From: Coleofasciculus sp. B1-GNL1-01
GTDB taxonomy: Bacteria > Cyanobacteriota > Cyanobacteriia > Cyanobacteriales > Coleofasciculaceae
Assembly: GCA_040220235.1 (NCBI GenBank)
Contig: JAVJTO010000047.1
DNA: 64,000 nucleotides
Reading direction: 5' to 3' (one strand)
Positions 10,189 through 21,012 of this stretch are shown here, piece by piece. The first letter of the stretch is position 1, and each line of letters starts with the position of its first letter. The position numbers and the translations under genes are program-made. The notes under the pieces are model-generated. The model was not told where the DNA came from, made no database searches, and saw nothing but the letters and a program-made list of their open reading frames with translations.

Positions 10189-11172
10189 ATGGTTCAACAT
10201 CATATCCAGCCTGATAGCGAAATCCCTGCTTCAAAGCAGCTATTCGACCAAATTCAGTTTGCGATCGCCTCTCGTCAATATCCGCCGGGACATAAATTGC
10301 CTAGTACCCGTCAGTTAGCCATGGAGACAGGGTTGCATCGGAATACAATCAGTAAAGTATACCGCCAGCTAGAAGAAACCGGACTGGTTGAATCCATCGC
10401 CGGATCAGGAATTTATGTGAAAGCCCAGGGTCATGAAGGGGGAACGCAGCGTCAATCTCCGATTCTCCAGCAATATCCACAAGCATCGGGTATTGTTCAG
10501 CAGAGTCTGGATGAATTACTCTCTCAAGGGTGTTCACTCAATGAAGCCCGCGAACTCTTTTTAGCCGAAATTGACTGGCGGTTGCGCTGTAGTGCTAGAG
10601 TGCTGGTTACCGTAGAGTCACGAGATATGGGCGCTGGGGAGTTAATGGTGCAGGAATTGGAATCCGCCCTGGGAATTCCCGTCCAGTTAGTCCCCTTAGA
10701 AGAATTAGAACAAACCCTAGAACGCACCAATTCCGGAACAGTCGTCACTAGCCGTTATTTTATCCAAAAAGCCGAAGCGATCGCCGCGCCGAAATCTGTG
10801 CGGGTGATTCCTGTGGATATCCACGACTATGGACAAGAAATCGAGATTGTTAAAAGTCTTCCCAAAGATAGTTGTCTGGGCTGTGTGAGTCTGAGTGGGG
10901 GTATTCTACGGATTGTAGATGTGATTATCCACAGTTTGCGTGGGGATGATTTACTCCTGATTACGGCTCAGGTTAATGATAAATATAAACTGAATGCCTT
11001 AGTTCGTAGTGCGCGAACGATTATTAGCGATCAAGCTAGTTATGATACCGTTAAACGGGCAATTCTAGACGCCAGGGATGATCTGATCCGTCCGCCTAAG
11101 CTGGTTTGCAGTGAAAATTATATTGGGACAAAATCGATTAATTTACTCAAACGTGAGTTGGGTTTAGGGTAA
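10189..11172 (+). CDS. plmA: GntR-family regulator PlmA
   Basis: GntR HTH (LPSTRQLAMETGLHRNTISKVY) plus the cyanobacterial PlmA C-terminal domain; AGGAG RBS before ATG 10189; divergent from the dienelactone hydrolase gene. Confidence 0.88.
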   Translation: MVQHHIQPDSEIPASKQLFDQIQFAIASRQYPPGHKLPSTRQLAMETGLHRNTISKVYRQLEETGLVESIAGSGIYVKAQGHEGGTQRQSPILQQYPQASGIVQQSLDELLSQGCSLNEARELFLAEIDWRLRCSARVLVTVESRDMGAGELMVQELESALGIPVQLVPLEELEQTLERTNSGTVVTSRYFIQKAEAIAAPKSVRVIPVDIHDYGQEIEIVKSLPKDSCLGCVSLSGGILRIVDVIIHSLRGDDLLLITAQVNDKYKLNALVRSARTIISDQASYDTVKRAILDARDDLIRPPKLVCSENYIGTKSINLLKRELGLG

Positions 11173-11292
11173 TTAGGGGTTGCTGAATAAGTATTGTGGT
11201 GAGGATAGGGAACTCTTAACAGGGAACGGTTGTAGTGCGAGCGTCTCGCTCGCTATTTTGTATGTTTTTATCTATCAAGTTATCTCAGTGCC

Positions 11293-11961
11293 ATGCCTAA
11301 GTTTACCTTTGCCGCTATCTCTCTAGACGATCTAAAATCCTTCATTCACCTTCATGAAGGATTCATCGGTAACTATGAATGGAACCAAACTGATTCTATT
11401 GTCCTAACAGAGCATGAACAGCAGCGAGTCACAGAGGTAAGTGCCTATTTACTCAACCATGACACAACCCTGATGAATGAAGCAACAGTCTGGGGGAAGG
11501 CAATTTTTCCATTGCTGATCCTAGCTGAACACAATAATATCGAAGCTTGGGCAGAGGTAACGCTCAAAGCACAATACAAAACCTTTGAGTTAGAAGGTGT
11601 AGCGGATGGTGTACTGGGCAAAAGTGCGATCGGTCGAATTGAAGCGCCTTATCTTGTTGTTTTAGAAGCCAAAAAAGGTCTTGATGCCCAAAACCCTGTT
11701 TATCAGCTTTACGGTCAACTCTTGACGGCTGCCCATTTAAATTGGCAACTCAATGGTAACGATCCCCAAGAAATGTTTGGGTGCTACACGATTGGTGATA
11801 CTTGGAAGTTTATCCGGGCAGAGATTTCCGAGATTACCAGCGATCATCCCGTTCTTAAAACTGAATACTCTCGCGAATATGCTGAAAAACTAGAGGCAGA
11901 AACGATTCTCAAGCTCCTCAAAAGCATCGTACAACGTTATGTGTACCAACCTAACCGTTAG
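11293..11961 (+). CDS. Hypothetical protein, putative PD-(D/E)XK nuclease-like fold
   Basis: GVADG...VLEAKK...QLYGQL pattern. Confidence 0.7.
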   Translation: MPKFTFAAISLDDLKSFIHLHEGFIGNYEWNQTDSIVLTEHEQQRVTEVSAYLLNHDTTLMNEATVWGKAIFPLLILAEHNNIEAWAEVTLKAQYKTFELEGVADGVLGKSAIGRIEAPYLVVLEAKKGLDAQNPVYQLYGQLLTAAHLNWQLNGNDPQEMFGCYTIGDTWKFIRAEISEITSDHPVLKTEYSREYAEKLEAETILKLLKSIVQRYVYQPNR

Positions 11962-11995
11962 GCGGTACAGCGGTAGAGACAAGCCTCGGCAGTCT

Positions 11996-12139
11996 CTACA
12001 GACTAATTCGCTCTAGCAATACTTCATTAATAACTGTTTGAGCACTGATTATCCGAAGCTTTTCACCGCGCATTGTAAAAACAACTACGATCATTGAGCC
12101 ATTTTCCGCTTCCCCAATTGCCCATTCTCGTTCATTTTT
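11996..12139 (-). pseudogene. BrnT-like toxin C-terminal remnant
   Basis: Manual translation KNEREWAIGEAENGSMIVVVFTMRGEKLRIISAQ...; in-frame stop immediately upstream, N-terminus missing. Confidence 0.6.
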
Positions 12140-12346
12140 TTATAGTATATACCAAAATATCGGTCTTCAAGTTATTTTATAGTAGCGATCGCCTTTTCTC
12201 AGCTAGCACATTAACCTAGGTCACGAAACTGGCGATCGCACTGTGCGTCAGGATGAATTCGCCTTTCAGGGAGAGGGCGATCATGTACTCTCAGGGAGCG
12301 AAGTAATATAGAATGGACATAGCGCTTCAGGGAGGAGAATGACACC

Positions 12347-12988
12347 ATGCCTAGGGTTTTAGATCCAAACAAATCCTACACCTTTAGCAAGTATTTTGAT
12401 TTGCCTTACTCACCTGAAGATATTTTAGCAGATTTAGGCTGTACCCTTGAGCGTACCGATCGCGACGATCTTCCCTACACACAATGTCAATTAGATTGGC
12501 TACCTGAATTCGCCCAGAGTATGCAGCGCAGACTGAAACGGGTGAATACCACGACTGAACAGGCACGCCGGGAGGCATTGATTTTTCCGTTGATCGATCA
12601 GATTTGCGATCGCTTAGACTATTCAATCAATATTGAGTATACCGTTAGTGTGAGCAATTGGTTAAAAGGTTCACTCGATTACTATATTTCCAGTCCCAGC
12701 AATTTTCTAATCATTGAAGCCAAGCAATCGGATTTAACCAAAGGTTTTACTCAGCTTGCTGTTGAATTGATTGCCCTCGATCACTGGGTAGACAGTGAGA
12801 GACCAATTTTGTACGGTGCGGTTTCAAGTGGGGAAATTTGGCGATTTGGTCTCTATGATCGAGCTGCACATCATGTGGTGGAATATTTGCCGTTGCATCC
12901 AATACCGCAGAATTTAGAGTTTGTAACGCGGACAATTATGGGAATTTTGCAGGGAGAGGCGATCAGAGACAATTCAGTCTTGATCTGA
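12347..12988 (+). CDS. Hypothetical protein, putative PD-(D/E)XK nuclease-like fold
   Basis: GSLDYY...IIEAKQ...GFTQLAVEL pattern; GGAGGAG RBS. Confidence 0.72.
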   Translation: MPRVLDPNKSYTFSKYFDLPYSPEDILADLGCTLERTDRDDLPYTQCQLDWLPEFAQSMQRRLKRVNTTTEQARREALIFPLIDQICDRLDYSINIEYTVSVSNWLKGSLDYYISSPSNFLIIEAKQSDLTKGFTQLAVELIALDHWVDSERPILYGAVSSGEIWRFGLYDRAAHHVVEYLPLHPIPQNLEFVTRTIMGILQGEAIRDNSVLI

Positions 12989-13179
12989 CACGGGGAATCG
13001 CTCTGATAGAGATGGGGGAGATGGGGGAAATTGTAGAGACTCCTAGGCGTGGAACGTATGAGAGATAGGGAAGTTAATTCACGCATCAGGTTCTCTTGAG
13101 CGAACGTGTTGGCTCAAAACCATGCCCTCGACGTGATTGCTATATAATTTATAGAAATTCGTGTAATCAGGTAAACATT

Positions 13180-14031
13180 ATGCCCTTATCTGGCAATGAT
13201 AACCGCGACAATCTACTCAATATACCGATCAATCTCCAGCCCAAAAAACAAACTAATGAACGTCAGTTTGAGAGAAAAGAACCCCTGAATTTGACTTCTA
13301 ATTCTTTACAGTTGCAGCTACGGGAAATCGTGCAAATTGCTTGGACGACAGAAGATTCCTTTCGGTATCCACAATTTTTATTGAACCCAAACGATTTGGC
13401 TCAAATCACAACACCCTCAACTGTCGTTGAGGTTCTGCTACGTCATGTAGAACGTATTGCACCTGGATTTAATGTCCCTTATATGGTGCCGCGTGTACTG
13501 GTTACACCACTTGCCTTCGTAGCGGGACTATTTGAAGTAGATGAGGAAGGTTGGGTGACAATCAAAGTCGGGTCACAATTCTTTGCCAACCGACTAGCTG
13601 CACAAGCTATTTTAGCCCATGAAGTTTGCCACTATATTCTGGAAAATTCTGGAATCAGGAAAAATGACTTTACTCTTAACGAGCGTTACACAGATTTATG
13701 TATGTTTGTTTGCGGCTTTGGGCAAATTTTTCTGGCTGGATACAAAGAGGACTTGGCTCAACGTGAGTACCGTCCAGGACATCGATTAGGCTACCTAACA
13801 GATGCTGAATATGAGTCGGCTCAACACTATGTGATGCAATTGCGCCAATCTGGTGAACTAGCACCTCCTAGTGAGTTGGATACTCTCAAGAAACAATTAG
13901 CACAACTGGTCTATGATAAGGAAACTTGTAAACGAATAATTAAGGCAGCACGTAGGAAGTATCCGCATAAGCCAGAACTAGAACTGTACCGGGATGCAAT
14001 CGAACGGCTCGAACGAGATCGCGGACGGTAG
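13180..14031 (+). CDS. Hypothetical HExxH zinc-metallopeptidase-like protein
   Basis: ILAHEVCHYIL motif followed by NERYTD; ATG at 13180 chosen as start. Confidence 0.65.
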   Translation: MPLSGNDNRDNLLNIPINLQPKKQTNERQFERKEPLNLTSNSLQLQLREIVQIAWTTEDSFRYPQFLLNPNDLAQITTPSTVVEVLLRHVERIAPGFNVPYMVPRVLVTPLAFVAGLFEVDEEGWVTIKVGSQFFANRLAAQAILAHEVCHYILENSGIRKNDFTLNERYTDLCMFVCGFGQIFLAGYKEDLAQREYRPGHRLGYLTDAEYESAQHYVMQLRQSGELAPPSELDTLKKQLAQLVYDKETCKRIIKAARRKYPHKPELELYRDAIERLERDRGR

Positions 14032-14278
14032 AGTTTATCCAAACATGCTCACCTTTTCACCCCATATCCTAAAAACGTCGCTCTCCTAACTCCTATATTT
14101 CCTGTTCGGTTCTGTACAATGGAGTTGGTTTCATCGAAGTGGCATCTGAGGATGGAGCGTCAACAGCACTTTTTGGACGTTTAAAAACGGCTTGTCACCC
14201 CTTCAAGCTCAAAACTTGAAAGACTCCACCTTTTAACTGAGATGGAGTCCGAATAGATGTGACTAAATGAAGCGGAAA

Positions 14279-14626
14279 TTACAGAATGCGGAAGATAAAG
14301 GGATAGCGGAAAGATTGATCAGGATTATTCAATACTTGCAAAATCGCGATAATTGGCATAACAACATTCACGATAGCCAAAAGACCCAGTAGGGGCCAAC
14401 CAATAAGCACAACTGTCAAGATGCCAAAGATTAAGCCGTACAGCCAAAGGTTAAGGTGAAAGTTCAGCGATTCTGTCGCATTTTCTTTGACCACTGGGTC
14501 ATCAGACACTAACAAAACGGCGATCGGAATACCGATAGATACCAACGCCGCACTAATAAAAATTGAGCCATGACAGAGGGCAGATAAAAGCTTGCGTTTG
14601 TCGCTATCATAAACATCATACGTCAT
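14279..14626 (-). CDS. DUF4870-type small membrane protein
   Basis: LSALCH...VKENATESLNFH...RYPFIFRIL. Confidence 0.8.
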   Translation of the reverse strand: MTYDVYDSDKRKLLSALCHGSIFISAALVSIGIPIAVLLVSDDPVVKENATESLNFHLNLWLYGLIFGILTVVLIGWPLLGLLAIVNVVMPIIAILQVLNNPDQSFRYPFIFRIL

Positions 14627-14819
14627 GCGACAGTCCTCCTTCCCCTCAAGGGAAACTAACTATTCATTCTGACTGTAGCAGGTTCGCTGAACAATACAGG
14701 TCGTGAATTCCGACCTATGCAGGGGGGATATTCCTCTTATAAGGTATATAGATCCCCAACTTCGTAGGAGTTGTCGGGAATCTTACTTGCATTTGCATAC
14801 CCTACACCCCACACCCCCT

Positions 14820-16205
14820 TTAAGCCGTCAAACTCACCTCTGGCTGAAGTACTCGTTGCTGCTGGTGCTGCTGAATCGGAATCTCGATCGCGAATTCTGC
14901 GCCTTGTCCCGGTGCGGATCGACATTTAAGCTGACCTTGATGTTTATCGACGACGATTTGATAGCTAATGGATAGTCCTAATCCGGTTCCTTTCCCCACA
15001 GGTTTGGTAGTAAAGAAGGGGTCAAAGAGTTGACGCTGAGTTTTCTCAGTCATTCCTGGACCATTATCGATAATTCGGATTGCAACTTGGTTGGGTGCGA
15101 TCGCTTCGGTACGAATCCGAATGGTGGGATGATTTTGTCCATTATCCGTGGTTCTTGATTCCTCTAACGCATCGATCGCATTACTCAATAGGTTCATAAA
15201 CACTTGATTGAGTTGTCCCACGTAGCATTCGACTTTGGGTAAGTCTCCATACTCTTTAACTATTTGAATTTCCCCATATCCAGGTTTTGCCTTGAGTTGA
15301 TTTTGCAGAATCAGCAACGTACCTTCTAACCCTTCATGCAAATCTACCGCCTTTACTTCCGCTTGATCCATCCGGGCAAAGTTACGCAACGACAGCACAA
15401 TCTGGCGAATCCGCTTAGTCCCCACTTCCATTGATTCGAGTAGGTGAGGTAAGTCGTCTCGCAGAAACGCTAAATCCATCTGTTCCGCTGTCGTTTGAAT
15501 TTCCGGGGCGGGTTGGGGATAGTGCTGATCGTAGAGGGAAATTAACTTCAGTAAATCTTGTGCATAATTTTTGGCATGGACTAGATTTCCGAAAATAAAG
15601 TTAACTGGATTATTAATTTCATGGGCTAACCCGGCGACGAGTTGTCCTAAACTGGACATTTTCTCCGTATGAACTAATTGGGCTTGGGCATGTTGCAAGT
15701 CGCGCAACGCCTTTTCTAAGAGGGTGGCTTTTTGTTGAATTTCATCCTGCGATCGCCTGAGTGCAACCTCGGTTTGCTGACGTTCTCTAATTTCAGCTTC
15801 TAAACGCTTATTGGCAGCTTCAAGTTCCACCGCACTGGCAACATCAAAGGCTTTGGGCATTAATGGTATTAATTCTAGGGCAGTATAGACCGAAATTAAT
15901 GCTGTGATTGCTTTGACTAATCCAGATAGCCAATAATCGGGATGCCAAATCGTCCAAATTGCCATCGCATGAGTAGTACCGCAGGCAATGATAAAAGCGG
16001 CAAACATGAGAAAGATCCGGGAAAACGGCAAATTCCGTCGTTGATAAACAAAATAGATTAAGGTTAAGGGAATTGAGGCATAAGCCAGGGCAATGAAGCC
16101 ATCGGATAAGAGATGTAGCCAGACTAAACCGGGCTTCCACAGGTAGCAGTTGCCATGAGGCATGAAAAGTGGGGCAGTCAAACTGTGCGTGATTAACGAC
16201 TGCAT
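14820..16205 (-). CDS. Sensor histidine kinase with ethylene-receptor-like transmembrane domain
   Basis: SDGFIALAYASIP and FIIACGTTH (ETR1-like); H-box AHEINNP; N, G1, F and G2 boxes. Confidence 0.88.
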   Translation of the reverse strand: MQSLITHSLTAPLFMPHGNCYLWKPGLVWLHLLSDGFIALAYASIPLTLIYFVYQRRNLPFSRIFLMFAAFIIACGTTHAMAIWTIWHPDYWLSGLVKAITALISVYTALELIPLMPKAFDVASAVELEAANKRLEAEIRERQQTEVALRRSQDEIQQKATLLEKALRDLQHAQAQLVHTEKMSSLGQLVAGLAHEINNPVNFIFGNLVHAKNYAQDLLKLISLYDQHYPQPAPEIQTTAEQMDLAFLRDDLPHLLESMEVGTKRIRQIVLSLRNFARMDQAEVKAVDLHEGLEGTLLILQNQLKAKPGYGEIQIVKEYGDLPKVECYVGQLNQVFMNLLSNAIDALEESRTTDNGQNHPTIRIRTEAIAPNQVAIRIIDNGPGMTEKTQRQLFDPFFTTKPVGKGTGLGLSISYQIVVDKHQGQLKCRSAPGQGAEFAIEIPIQQHQQQRVLQPEVSLTA

Positions 16206-16575
16206 AATGTCTCCTTATAATCAATAATCAGCTTTTATCTGGTAATATTAAAACGGTTTGAGGGGACTCAATCAGTGATCTGTGAAGCCTTGCATCATGA
16301 CTCAGCCTACTGGCGTGACACAACTGCAATAGTGGAATGGATTTTACGTATTTGAACCTGAAGGAATTGGATTTACCCAAACGGCACTGACTTCAGTATT
16401 CCCCAGAATTAGCAGAAACTAAACCTTCTAGGGTTATAACCTATAGGGTTAATTTTGATTAAAAAAGCTTGACAATTTATAACTTAGGATATAGAAGTTA
16501 GCAACTCAAGCCAACCGACCCAGGATCTCAACTTCTATAATGGAAGGCTGAGTGTTCCGTAATTAGGCGTTTTGA

Positions 16576-18204
16576 ATGTCCACTGAACTTAAGGCTGAAC
16601 TGCAAACGGCGGTTGAACACCGACGGAATTTTGCGATTATTTCCCACCCAGATGCGGGGAAGACGACGCTAACCGAGAAGCTGTTGCTCTATGGAGGTGC
16701 GATTCACGAAGCTGGGGCGGTGAAAGCCCGACGAGCGCAGCGTAAGGCAACGTCGGACTGGATGGCAATGGAACAACAACGGGGAATTTCGATTACCTCG
16801 ACGGTGTTGCAGTTCGCGTACAGGAATCGCCAGATTAATTTGCTGGACACGCCGGGACACCAAGATTTTAGTGAAGATACCTATCGCACATTGGCGGCGG
16901 CGGATAATGCGGTGATGCTGGTGGATGCGGCGAAGGGGTTGGAACCGCAGACGCGCAAGTTATTTGAAGTCTGTCGGATGCGATCGCTACCGATTTTCAC
17001 ATTTATGAACAAGATGGATCGTCCAGCGCGGGAACCCTTGGAACTGTTGGATGAAATTGAACAGGAGTTAGGGTTACAGACATACGCGGTGAATTGGCCC
17101 ATTGGTATGGGCGATCGGTTTAAGGGGGTATTTGACCGCCGTCTGCGACAAATTCACTTATTTGAACGGACAGCGCATGGAAGTAAGGAAGCGGGAGATA
17201 CGGTAATCGATTTGGGAGATTCCCGGATTGAAAAATTGCTGGATCAAGACCTGTATTATCAGTTGAAAGAAGAGTTAGAACTGATTGAGGAGATTGGACC
17301 CGATTTAGATTTAGAGTTGGTGCATCAGGGTCAGATGACGCCTGTATTCTTTGGCAGTGCCATGACCAATTTTGGCGTCAAGCTGTTTTTGGATGCCTTT
17401 TTAGAGTACGCCATGCAACCGGAAGCCTACAAGTCTACTGAGGGGGAAATGCCACCCACCTATCCCGACTTCAGCGGATTTGTATTTAAGCTGCAAGCGA
17501 ATATGGACCCCAAGCACCGGGATAGAGTGGCATTTGTCCGGGTTTGTACAGGTCGATTTGACAAGGACATGACTGTGAACCATGCGCGGACGGGGAAAAC
17601 GGTACGGTTGTCAAGACCCCAGAAATTATTTGCCCAGGGGAGGGAATCTTTGGATGTAGCATATCCAGGGGATGTGATTGGCTTAAATAATCCTGGGGTA
17701 TTTGCGATCGGGGATACGATTTACAATGGCAAGCGTTTGGAGTATGAAGGGATTCCCTGTTTTTCGCCGGAATTATTTGCCTATTTGAAAAATCCCAATC
17801 CTTCTAAATTCAAGCAGTTCCACAAAGGGGTAACTGAGTTGCGCGAAGAGGGGGCGATACAGATTATGTATTCGGTGGATGAATCCAAGCGCGACCCCAT
17901 TTTAGCCGCCGTGGGACAGTTGCAATTTGAGGTGGTTCAGTTCCGCTTACAGAATGAATATGGCGTAGAAACGTTATTAGATATGTTGCCTTATAGTGTT
18001 GCCCGTTGGGTCGCTGGGGGGTGGCAGGCTTTAGAAAAAGCGGGACGGTTGTTTAACACGGCGGTGGTGAAAGATAACTGGGGGCGTCCGGTTTTGTTGT
18101 TTAAGAATGAGTGGAATTTACAACAGGTAATTGGGGATCATCCAGAGTTGCAGTTGAATGCGACAGCGCCTGTGGCGTCGGGACAGGAACCGGATTCCTT
18201 ATGA
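16576..18204 (+). CDS. prfC: Peptide chain release factor 3
   Basis: [48 protein letters not shown]. Confidence 0.97.
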   Translation: MSTELKAELQTAVEHRRNFAIISHPDAGKTTLTEKLLLYGGAIHEAGAVKARRAQRKATSDWMAMEQQRGISITSTVLQFAYRNRQINLLDTPGHQDFSEDTYRTLAAADNAVMLVDAAKGLEPQTRKLFEVCRMRSLPIFTFMNKMDRPAREPLELLDEIEQELGLQTYAVNWPIGMGDRFKGVFDRRLRQIHLFERTAHGSKEAGDTVIDLGDSRIEKLLDQDLYYQLKEELELIEEIGPDLDLELVHQGQMTPVFFGSAMTNFGVKLFLDAFLEYAMQPEAYKSTEGEMPPTYPDFSGFVFKLQANMDPKHRDRVAFVRVCTGRFDKDMTVNHARTGKTVRLSRPQKLFAQGRESLDVAYPGDVIGLNNPGVFAIGDTIYNGKRLEYEGIPCFSPELFAYLKNPNPSKFKQFHKGVTELREEGAIQIMYSVDESKRDPILAAVGQLQFEVVQFRLQNEYGVETLLDMLPYSVARWVAGGWQALEKAGRLFNTAVVKDNWGRPVLLFKNEWNLQQVIGDHPELQLNATAPVASGQEPDSL

Positions 18205-18263
18205 CCTCTCCCCTAACCCCTCTCCAGCCAGGAGAGGGGAATAAAGACCAAGAAAAAACAGAT

Positions 18264-18312
18264 GGCGAATGGAATTCGCAGCTACACAAACAAAGTCCGC
18301 CTGCGCGGACTG
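18264..18312 (+). repeat. Dispersed palindromic repeat (inverted copy at 21965-22012)
   Basis: GCTACACAAACAAAGTCCGCCTGCGCGGACTG is shared with the reverse complement of 21965-22012. Confidence 0.8.
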
Positions 18313-18416
18313 ATGTTGAGACTGAGTTGACTGAAACAACTACCTGGTCACAATGTACAGTCCAGCAATTCTTTTCCGGATACAGCGAGGCAGATGCTAT
18401 CTATGACAACATTTGA
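18313..18416 (+). pseudogene. Remnant of a small antitoxin-like gene
   Basis: TTWSQCTVQQFFSGYSEADAIYDNI* resembles C-termini of small cyanobacterial TA antitoxins; 5' end replaced by repeats. Confidence 0.35.
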
Positions 18417-18562
18417 TCCCACATTCCGTACTTCGCAGTGAAATACGTAATGATGACGAAAGACCTAAAAGTTTAATCTCAAAAAATCACCCAGCTAGCC
18501 AGCATTTGCGTATTAGTAGAGTTTAGACTACGACAAATTGACTTGCAACAGTGAGCGATTCA

Positions 18563-20269
18563 TTATGTCCATTCCTTTTTAGCCCAATCTACTAGCCGAT
18601 TTTCACGTTCTTCCATGGCGGCTAAGCCCCAATCTTCTTTTTCAAGAATCTCATCAATGAGTTTCAGATGCCTATGCTTTTCGTATATTTCTTTCTTCTG
18701 CGAAAATGGTTTGTTGCTACAAATAGAATTAACACCTGGAGGCAAGAGGACTAAGTTGCCTAATCGATGAACTTGCTTTGTAACATAGCCCTTTTTTGTG
18801 CCAAACTTTCCACGCCATTCCTCAGTTATAGTTTGTGGATGTATGTGTTCTATAGTTTTTGTTGGTGAAGAACTCCAAACTTGTGCCCAAGTTTCTTCAC
18901 TGACTGAACCACCACATTGATTAGCTAGATATTCCTCATAGCGATAGAGAAAATAAATTAACTCATCTTCCCAGCCCTCGTAGCAGTTATTTTCTTTAAG
19001 TTCTTCCGCTGCTTTGTCGGCAGGATAATCTTTTCCTAGTTCAGTGACTTTTTGGAGTATTTCTGAAGCAGAACTACTATTATTATCAGAGAAAATAGTT
19101 CTGGCGAGACGCACATAGTCTCCAACTTTTGTTCTTGCATCTCTCCTCTGTAATCCAAATATTCTAAATGTTACTTTTTCCCATTCTTTTAAGATATTGC
19201 TTTTTTCATCAGCATTTAGTGCCTCATTCAACATAATTGATATCCCCAAAAGCCGAGCATGAGATATTTTAGTCACAGCCATAAGGCGGGAATTAGAAAC
19301 AAAATCTTCTAGTTTGTCAGCAATTTTTAGAAATTTACGAGAAACATCAATCACATCTTTAGGATTATTTTCACATCTTGATCGGAAGAATTCCATAGCA
19401 CTCTCTGCTCCACTTACTTTACTTCCTCCCTTAATGTCCTCTAGGGTCGCTGCAAACCTTAATATTTCTTGTCCCTGTATTCTCTTTAATCCTATAGTTC
19501 TGTAAATTTTTGACCAATCATCTCGAAGGTCTTTTATATACTCTTGGCTAGCATCTTCAAGCTTTTCAAAAGCGATACCCATCAACATACTTTTGCACTT
19601 ATCAAGCCAATCAACTGCCAATCCTCTACTATTCAGCACCTCAAATGTTGTATGTACGGCACCTTCATCATCAAGAACATAGAAAATAAAATCAAGACGA
19701 TTTTTAACTAATTTTAAAAGTTGCAGGGCGTTGGGTTGCCATTTATCTACAAAATCCATACACTCCTTAAATGCACAAATCATGTTTCTATCTGCTAAAG
19801 TTTCGACGTTTTCCTCGCTAGGAATTTCACCTTTTTCCAGATAGTCACGAAATATTCGCTTACTATCATGATTTGTTTGAAGTAGAATTAATCTGCCGTT
19901 TTCTTTGACTAAAAGTTCCTTTAGTTTATTAGACTCTTTTAGTTCAATGTCACTTCCAGAGCTTAATTTTTTGGATATGGCTTTGAGTAGAATGATCAGT
20001 GTAGTTAAACGCTGCTGTCCATCAACAATGTGAAAAATACCAAATTCATCTGCGCCAACTTCCTCTTTTTCACGAGTTTGAAGACAAACAACAGTTGACA
20101 TAAAGTGACGGCGATCACTATTTTGAATTTGACCCAGCTTTTGAATATCTCCAAACAAATCCTTTCTTTGCTTAGTTTCCCAACTATATGCTCGTTGATA
20201 GTCAGGAATTCGGAAAAGTCTTCCTTGAAGTAACTTATCTAGAGTTAGATTATCTGGACGAATACTCAT
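18563..20269 (-). CDS. gmrSD: GmrSD-family (DUF262 + DUF1524/HNH) modification-dependent restriction endonuclease
   Basis: IPDYQRAYSW, IVDGQQRLTT, FEVLNSRG, TIEHIHPQ and LGNLVLL motifs; AT-rich. Confidence 0.88.
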   Translation of the reverse strand: MSIRPDNLTLDKLLQGRLFRIPDYQRAYSWETKQRKDLFGDIQKLGQIQNSDRRHFMSTVVCLQTREKEEVGADEFGIFHIVDGQQRLTTLIILLKAISKKLSSGSDIELKESNKLKELLVKENGRLILLQTNHDSKRIFRDYLEKGEIPSEENVETLADRNMICAFKECMDFVDKWQPNALQLLKLVKNRLDFIFYVLDDEGAVHTTFEVLNSRGLAVDWLDKCKSMLMGIAFEKLEDASQEYIKDLRDDWSKIYRTIGLKRIQGQEILRFAATLEDIKGGSKVSGAESAMEFFRSRCENNPKDVIDVSRKFLKIADKLEDFVSNSRLMAVTKISHARLLGISIMLNEALNADEKSNILKEWEKVTFRIFGLQRRDARTKVGDYVRLARTIFSDNNSSSASEILQKVTELGKDYPADKAAEELKENNCYEGWEDELIYFLYRYEEYLANQCGGSVSEETWAQVWSSSPTKTIEHIHPQTITEEWRGKFGTKKGYVTKQVHRLGNLVLLPPGVNSICSNKPFSQKKEIYEKHRHLKLIDEILEKEDWGLAAMEERENRLVDWAKKEWT

Positions 20270-20472
20270 TAATAAACCTCGTTAAAAGTTTGAATAGATT
20301 TCAGTCTGATATCTATTGCAGTTAATTCGGGAAAGTCGTCTATAATTTTAGCATTAGACATGCTAGCCGCTAGCCAGCCTAGGACATCATAAACGATGAT
20401 ACGTATTTGGCGAATGCAGAGTTTGCTGCCTAGTTTATCTGGCTCAATGGTAATGATATCGCGGTAGCTCAT
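20269..20472 (-). CDS. DUF433 antitoxin-like protein, degenerate/truncated
   Basis: IITIEPDKLGSKLCIRQIRIIVYDVLGWLA...DFPELT; overlaps the gmrSD start (TAATG). Confidence 0.7.
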   Translation of the reverse strand: MSYRDIITIEPDKLGSKLCIRQIRIIVYDVLGWLAASMSNAKIIDDFPELTAIDIRLKSIQTFNEVY

Positions 20473-20641
20473 GATGAAAGTAGGCTAAACATAGACCCTA
20501 ATTCAGTGTATAGCAGCTTAATACTGTGCTGCAATGACCGATTCTGATCTGTATGTAGCCAAAAATCCCGACTGGCGCTAGCTACTACGTTATGTAGCCA
20601 ATCGTTAAGCAATTTAGCTCCCCGAAGAAGGATGTCGCTTT

Positions 20642-20896
20642 ATGGCAATTGTTGTCACCCTTAACCCAGAGTTAGAAGCGCTATTGCGTGACAAAGCCGC
20701 TCGGCAAGGTCAAGATGTTGGTCTTGTTGCATCTGAATTACTGGCTCGTGTCTTAGAGTGGGAAGAACAAGATTCAGAGGAAGCGATTAAAGGCATTCAG
20801 CAAGGTTTAGATGATTTTGAGGCGGGTCGATTTCGCTCTTTCCCAGAGTTTGCTGACGAACAACGCCGCAAGTATAGTAACCGCCACAAGGGTTAG
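20642..20896 (+). CDS. Orphan antitoxin-like protein (RHH/ParD-like)
   Basis: VTLNPELEALL...EAIKGIQQGLDDFEAGR pattern; no toxin gene follows. Confidence 0.65.
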   Translation: MAIVVTLNPELEALLRDKAARQGQDVGLVASELLARVLEWEEQDSEEAIKGIQQGLDDFEAGRFRSFPEFADEQRRKYSNRHKG

Positions 20897-21012
20897 GACA
20901 AACCGACGGGTATTGCAACAAATAAACGGCATCTATCGGATGTTCTCATGCTCCTGACCCAATTTCAGTCAATCCGCTACGATCAATAAAATAGTAGTTT
21001 TGCGATCGCACT

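Noticed and set aside
16420..16545. Palindrome plus TTGACA (16469) and TATAAT (about 16536) as a defined prfC promoter/operator
   Set aside because: The hexamers are not correctly spaced as a pair; cannot be supported without TSS data
18111..18416. 101-aa ORF overlapping the prfC 3' end
   Set aside because: Mostly out-of-frame prfC plus repeat sequence; only the last about 30 codons look like a gene remnant
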